This document shows positions 59,059-64,000 of a stretch of 64,000 nt of DNA, piece by piece. Below the pieces are notes generated by a model. It did no database searches, was not told where the DNA came from, and saw nothing but the letters and a program-made list of their open reading frames with translations. The translations under genes were made by a program, and so were the position numbers. The stretch spans positions 1,897,679-1,961,678 of the forward strand of contig JAWKXN010000001.1 of NCBI GenBank assembly GCA_041396965.1, written 5' to 3'. How positions within the stretch are numbered: position 1 is the stretch's first letter; each line of letters begins with the position of its first letter. Source of the DNA: Rickettsiales bacterium. Lineage in GTDB: Bacteria > Pseudomonadota > Alphaproteobacteria > Rickettsiales > SXRF01.

Positions 59059-60180
59059 ATGAATAATAAGACAAACACAAAAAATAACTTTTACCTGTCC
59101 CTTGAGCTACTAAGAGGTCTATGTGCTTTAGAAGTCGTACTCTGGCATTGTTTTGCGCGCATTGATGATGTGTTTTTAAGAATTAGTCCCACATTTAAGT
59201 TCGTATATCACGCGTTTCTACGAGGGTCAGACATAGCAATTATTGGTTTTTTTGTGCTTAGTGGCTTTGTAACAACTGCCAGTTTTATTAAATATTTTAA
59301 TAAATATAATATAGCAAAAGCCGTAACCATATTCTATGCGGCACGTATGCTGCGTATATGGTCACTAACCTTCATAACAGTGTTGGTTTCTGTTGGTATC
59401 AGCTGGCACTACCGGACTATGTCGGGAAATTGGTCGGCATGGGAAAAATATGACCATTTTGATCTGAGTAACATTATAGGAGGGATGTTTGGTCTTAATC
59501 CACACTGGAACGCTCCGATGTGGACTCTTACATATGAACTCGCATTTTATAGCATATTACCCTTTTTTATGTTAGCGATATTACGAACTAACTACTTAAT
59601 AAAAGCAATCTCGCTAGTTATAACAGGTTTTCTTACTTTTTTTTTACTAAAAAGTGAGATAGTTCCTTTACCACATCTAGTTACTCCATTCTTATTTGGG
59701 ATCGCGATATATTTTATCAGAGACTTATCTTATTTGCGTATATTTTTTACATCAAATCTTAATAAGATTTTATTTTTTGCTGTCGCAGTAACCAGCGTAA
59801 TCTATGTGAGTTGGGAATATTTACCGCAAAACCCCTATAACATAAAAAAATATTTTCTTGTTACTCTGGTGGTGCTTGGTCTGGTTTTTAGTGAAAGTTT
59901 TTTTATAAAATATAAAGAGACAAAAGTAATAAAAATGCTCACTGGTCTATCTATGTGCTCATACAGCCTGTATTTATGGCATTATGTCATATTATGGTTT
60001 ACGGGAATGTATATGTTCGGCTCTATGAACGCACGTAGCACTACAGAGATCTTTGTATTATTTTCAATAGCTGTCCCTACAATTATCTTGGTTACTTGGA
60101 TGTCGTGGTATTTTATCGAACGTAACGCAAAGATGAAAAGAATATTGCCTCTTTTTGAAAAGAAATCGGCAAAAAGTTAA
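59059..60180 (+). CDS. Membrane acyltransferase family 3 protein
   Basis: About 10 TM segments with the N-terminal LRGLCALEVVLWH motif typical of Acyl_transf_3. Confidence 0.7.
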   Translation: MNNKTNTKNNFYLSLELLRGLCALEVVLWHCFARIDDVFLRISPTFKFVYHAFLRGSDIAIIGFFVLSGFVTTASFIKYFNKYNIAKAVTIFYAARMLRIWSLTFITVLVSVGISWHYRTMSGNWSAWEKYDHFDLSNIIGGMFGLNPHWNAPMWTLTYELAFYSILPFFMLAILRTNYLIKAISLVITGFLTFFLLKSEIVPLPHLVTPFLFGIAIYFIRDLSYLRIFFTSNLNKILFFAVAVTSVIYVSWEYLPQNPYNIKKYFLVTLVVLGLVFSESFFIKYKETKVIKMLTGLSMCSYSLYLWHYVILWFTGMYMFGSMNARSTTEIFVLFSIAVPTIILVTWMSWYFIERNAKMKRILPLFEKKSAKS

Positions 60181-60443
60181 TATCATAACTCTCTCCTATC
60201 CGTTGGCTAACGTTAAACGGTTAACGGCACTCTGGTGGTAAGTGGCATCCATTTCGATGCAGATCCACGAGCGGCGGAGTTGTTGTGCTGCAAGAGCGGT
60301 AGAGCCTGAAACAGCAAAACGGGCTGTTATTCAGCAGATGAAAATGATTCAGGAAGATTTGGACAACGCCGCTGGCAAGACATTGGAAACAGGTGATTAC
60401 CAGATGTCGTGTACTTTCCGATAGATATGTACCTCGGACTCAT

Positions 60444-60520
60444 TGGTTGCGGGGGCCGGATTTGAACCGACGACCTTTAGGTTATGAGCCTAACGAGCTA
60501 CCAGGCTGCTCCACCCCGCG
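60444..60520 (-). tRNA. tRNA-Met (CAU), initiator type, CCA encoded
   Basis: The reverse complement CGCGGGGTGGAGCAGCCTGGTAGCTCGTTAGGCTCATAACCTAAAGGTCGTCGGTTCAAATCCGGCCCCCGCAACCA folds as a cloverleaf. It has a C1:A72 mismatch and is nearly identical to E. coli tRNA-fMet. Confidence 0.9.
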
Positions 60521-60702
60521 TCAATATACCGAAATTCCAGAAGGGAATACCTTCTACAACAATTTTTCTGTTCGTACAAGCATTGATTAAGTAATTTTCG
60601 CTTGGAATAACTATCATCTAAATAACCACCAAGAACAAGCAATTCTCTGAGCAAAGCAAGTATTGTATCTAAACAAAACATTTTACACAGATATAACAAA
60701 GT

Positions 60703-62682
60703 CTATAGCAATAAATCTTCTTCTATCCTTAAACCATTTGATTTATCTGAAAAATTACCGTCTTTAATAATATGTCTATAAAGCTGTAAATTCTCTAATA
60801 CACGTTGCACATAATTCCTAGTCTCGGAAAAAGGTATTTTTTCAATCCAGTCTATTCTGGAATTAATATCACCAGTAGGTCTTCCCATCTGTTTTATCCA
60901 TTTATTAACATTACCCGGACCAGCGTTATAAGCGGCTATTGCTAAAATCAGTGAACCATCATAATTATCAAGCATCCGACTAAGATAAAGACTACCAATA
61001 TTTATATTATAATCCTCATCATACAACCTGTCTTTACTATATTTTATATCACTCTTACGAGCTGTGTGTCTTGCTGTTGCTGGCATTACCTGCATAAGCC
61101 CACGTGCTCCCGCGCTACTGGTTATCTCTCTGTTAAACTCACTTTCTTGACGAATTATGGAATGCACCAGCTCTGGCGGCAAAATATGCTCATCATACAA
61201 CCCAAGAATAGGATAGGTTTTATCAAGCAATATAATATTGTTAAGCATAGCTTTTCTGGAGCTACGAACACTAATATGTAATTTACCATATTTTACGCCA
61301 ATCTCACTTGCAAGTGCAGCTTCTTCTTTGCTTGCAGCATTCATCACCAAATGACCTAAAAGATAATCAGCTATTTCTTCCTCACCATAATTAAGACTAA
61401 CTATCGCCGCCTTCACAATATCCCGAGAATAAAATTTCTCCCTATCACGGGAATTTATTGAGATATTATCATCACTATTTATAGAAAATGAAACGCCAAG
61501 TGACTTAATAGCGAGCTGCCCATAAAAAGTAGTCGGATAATTAGCCGCTTTCTTAAAACAACTATTTGCTTTATCAGACTTACCAATTTTCTGATAAGCC
61601 CGCCCCGCCCAATAGGCAAATCTGGATTTACTTATCGGATAACCAACCTTGTCAAACATCCGCTCAAAAATACTAGCCGCCTTGCCAGCGTTGTTACCAT
61701 ATCTGAGTAATAACCAACCTTTAATCCATTCAGCATCCGCCTGCGACGCTCCATCAACTTGACCATGCTTACTGGCAAGCCGTAAAGCCAGCTTCATATC
61801 ACCTTTACTTATAGCGGAATATATAATTTTCTTGCGGTAATACCACCATTTCTCTGGATAAGGCACTTTACCAGAAACGCCAAGCAACATCTCTCTTACG
61901 CCTTTTTCATCCTTACGTCTGTCACGATAGCGCATCCGTTCGTAAATAATACCACTATCATTTCTCATTGACGCTGGCAGAGCGCGCAACATCTTAGACA
62001 CTCCTCTTTTATCCAACATCAAATACATTCTAGTTTTATAAAGATTAGCGTATTTTTTAGGAAGCCTGTCCAGCATGTGTTTAGCGCTGATTATCTTACC
62101 TTCCCACAAAAGACGATCCGTTCTTTTTATATCATCTTTATCGCTCAAAAATTTAGCGAACCGTGATAACAAGTATTTCTCCTCGTCATTATTAAAGTCA
62201 CCATAAATCCACGCTTCCTCTACCAGTTTTTTTATATCTTTTTGCTTATATCCACCCTTCTTAAGCATAGCGTCAGCAAGTGCCATTTTGCCAACACCAG
62301 TAATTGGCGGATTAGCGGTAAGCCATTTTATGACCATATCCTTATCCACCATATCGGCAAATATCGCTCTTTCGGCTTTTACCAAAATCCTATCACGTAG
62401 CGGCCAATCTGGGTATTTATTCAAAAAATCCACCGTTTCATAAAACCCAGGATCAGAATCTCTAGCTACCAAATAACGCCATTTGGTTAAAGTTAACAAA
62501 GCGCTATCACTGCTATTACTGAGTTTGTATAGAGCATCATCCCATCTTTTTTCTTTAGCTAGATTGAAAATTTTTCCTGTAAAATCAAATTCTTTTCTGT
62601 CTTCTGCGAAAGAATATGGCGACAGTGTACATACATACGCCATAAATAATATAGACAATAAAAACTTAAGGAAATTACTCAT
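60703..62682 (-). CDS. slt: Soluble lytic murein transglycosylase (Slt70-like)
   Basis: Signal peptide, a superhelical N-terminal domain and the catalytic block IRQESEFN...SSAGARGLMQVMPATA. Confidence 0.85.
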   Translation of the reverse strand: MSNFLKFLLSILFMAYVCTLSPYSFAEDRKEFDFTGKIFNLAKEKRWDDALYKLSNSSDSALLTLTKWRYLVARDSDPGFYETVDFLNKYPDWPLRDRILVKAERAIFADMVDKDMVIKWLTANPPITGVGKMALADAMLKKGGYKQKDIKKLVEEAWIYGDFNNDEEKYLLSRFAKFLSDKDDIKRTDRLLWEGKIISAKHMLDRLPKKYANLYKTRMYLMLDKRGVSKMLRALPASMRNDSGIIYERMRYRDRRKDEKGVREMLLGVSGKVPYPEKWWYYRKKIIYSAISKGDMKLALRLASKHGQVDGASQADAEWIKGWLLLRYGNNAGKAASIFERMFDKVGYPISKSRFAYWAGRAYQKIGKSDKANSCFKKAANYPTTFYGQLAIKSLGVSFSINSDDNISINSRDREKFYSRDIVKAAIVSLNYGEEEIADYLLGHLVMNAASKEEAALASEIGVKYGKLHISVRSSRKAMLNNIILLDKTYPILGLYDEHILPPELVHSIIRQESEFNREITSSAGARGLMQVMPATARHTARKSDIKYSKDRLYDEDYNINIGSLYLSRMLDNYDGSLILAIAAYNAGPGNVNKWIKQMGRPTGDINSRIDWIEKIPFSETRNYVQRVLENLQLYRHIIKDGNFSDKSNGLRIEEDLLL

Positions 62683-62768
62683 GAATTAATCTTATTTTAT
62701 ACCGATTATGCTATACATAAAGCCTGGGGAATGTAACATAGCGTAAATAACAAATAAAACCAAATAAC

Positions 62769-63545
62769 ATGTACGATCCTGATATAATAACACTACGCCG
62801 CTTTTACGCCACACAATTCGGTGAATCCGTGCGCAATCTGATAGCCCGCTGTATATTGCGTATTTGGCCAGAGGAAAAAGATAAATCTATGGTTGGGTTT
62901 GGCTACGCCACTCCTTACCTTTCACCATACATGGAACATTCAACTTCTCTTACCGCCTGTATGCCCGCTAGACAAGGGGCTGCCTATTGGCCAAATGGTA
63001 AGGATAATAAAGTAATAATCTCACATGAGCATATATTACCATTCGCTAGCGAATCAATTGATAGAATTCTCCTAATCCACGCTATAGAAAATAGTGAGCA
63101 ACTATCGGCGATGATTGAGGAATTATGGCGGGTATTATCTATAAATGGCAAAATACTTATAGTTATCCCCAATAGAAGAAGTTTATGGTCACGCTCCTCT
63201 AGCAGCCCGTTCGGTTATGGCAGACCATTTACTAAAGCTCAAATGTGTGAGCTGTTAAGTCAAAACCAGTTTAATGTCACAAAAGTAAAGTCTGCTCTAT
63301 TCATGCCACCAACCAAAATAAATATTTTATGGAAAGCCGCCACCAGAATGGAAAAAATTGGAGACTTCATATGCCGTTTTTTTGGGGATTTTTTGGAGGG
63401 AATACTAGGTGGAATAATATTGGTTGAGGCGGAAAAACAACTATACGCTCCAACCTGTCAGCCAGTGGTGGAAGCGAAAAAATACCGCACGGCGATAAAT
63501 AACCCTAAACCAGCAATGACCGTAAAAAAGGATATAGGAAAATAA
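62769..63545 (+). CDS. Class I SAM-dependent methyltransferase
   Basis: ESIDRILLIHAIE...LWRVLSINGKILIVIPN resembles post-I/II Methyltransf_11 motifs. Confidence 0.55.
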   Translation: MYDPDIITLRRFYATQFGESVRNLIARCILRIWPEEKDKSMVGFGYATPYLSPYMEHSTSLTACMPARQGAAYWPNGKDNKVIISHEHILPFASESIDRILLIHAIENSEQLSAMIEELWRVLSINGKILIVIPNRRSLWSRSSSSPFGYGRPFTKAQMCELLSQNQFNVTKVKSALFMPPTKINILWKAATRMEKIGDFICRFFGDFLEGILGGIILVEAEKQLYAPTCQPVVEAKKYRTAINNPKPAMTVKKDIGK

Positions 63546-63650
63546 TTCAGGAAAAACAATCTATTATTTATATAGCCTAGAACTGGGGGCATAGACTATT
63601 GTTAATAAAAATTAATGCACCCCCATAATGTTTATGCTATAAGATCATAC

Positions 63651-64000
63651 ATGGAAATTAATAAAACAAATTCAAAAAATACTCATAAATCCTCCCTGAC
63701 CCCTCAAGAACTGGCGGATAAGCTAGAAAAAATTATGGATTTTAACAGAGTATCATTTCCCTTTTCCAACATAAAAGAAATACATCCGGAACTTTATGAA
63801 CAACTTATCAAGCCTGGGCTTGAAGTGGCGTATGGAGCGGGGAAAATATGTAGGACCCCCAAACCATTATATGCCATCATGATAGATAAAGATCTTGATA
63901 ATATGAGTTATGATCCTACTTATCATGAGCTTATCATAGGATTGCCTTATTTACGTAAACAGCAATCCATGAGAGAGGCTATAGCCGTTATTTCTCACGA
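63651..64000 (+). CDS. Hypothetical protein, 5' part (continues past window end)
   Basis: The frame from ATG 63651 stays open to the window edge. Absent from the ORF track because no stop is reached. Confidence 0.35.
   Translation, partial: MEINKTNSKNTHKSSLTPQELADKLEKIMDFNRVSFPFSNIKEIHPELYEQLIKPGLEVAYGAGKICRTPKPLYAIMIDKDLDNMSYDPTYHELIIGLPYLRKQQSMREAIAVISH

Noticed and set aside
60181-60443. Possibility that this tRNA-adjacent region is the genomic ssrA (source of the ANDNY tag)
   Set aside because: Neither strand has a GCN-AAC-GAC-AAC tag frame or a TTCGA-type T-loop with a CCA end. The real ssrA must lie outside the window.
60393-60699. ORFs 60393..60590 (+) and 60490..60699 (-)
   Set aside because: Both overlap the tRNA-fMet gene and are spurious.

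Overview
AT-rich bacterial chromosome segment, probably proteobacterial. Its housekeeping genes are rho, glmS, nhaA, an MscS-type channel, slt, an initiator tRNA-Met and a beta-carbonic anhydrase. The first 23.7 kb are one co-oriented array. A 2546-aa RTX/type I secretion substrate (16054..23694) is preceded by six or more orphan cassettes. Each cassette is a small signal-peptide or membrane ORF (putative immunity) tightly coupled to a different N-terminal toxin-like domain: class-3 lipase x2, HExxH protease-like, glycine-rich pore-former-like, a weak lysozyme/SLT-like match, and one unknown. Each domain is fused to a variable length of the same GC-richer RTX backbone. That backbone carries an FrpC/ApxIVA-type Asp-Pro self-processing module. 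Every truncated cassette ends in frame with a conserved ~50-87 bp cap encoding ANDNYVDISVNTAIAS-TAATAA, or ANDNYIDINIYAKVG in a shorter variant. The cap resembles an SsrA/tmRNA degradation tag and also supplies the SD and ATG of the next immunity gene. I read this as a mirror image of CDI/Rhs orphan arrays: an N-terminally polymorphic, T1SS-delivered, self-cleaving toxin system with a silent warhead/immunity reservoir. This is an inference from sequence only. The window also holds a second, IS-degraded locus of the same kind (53.6-57.3 kb, minus strand) with an HlyC-type acyltransferase, and a PrtD/PrtE-type T1SS ABC/MFP pair next to a luxI/luxR pair. Other content includes a secreted Q/R-rich protein with a nuclease-like C-terminus plus a small immunity-like ORF, a MacAB-like efflux operon, a two-component/GGDEF cluster, an IS200/IS605 tnpA insertion splitting a membrane-protein gene, and a PNAG-like exopolysaccharide cluster. 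All domain calls rest on motifs read by eye; no searches were run.
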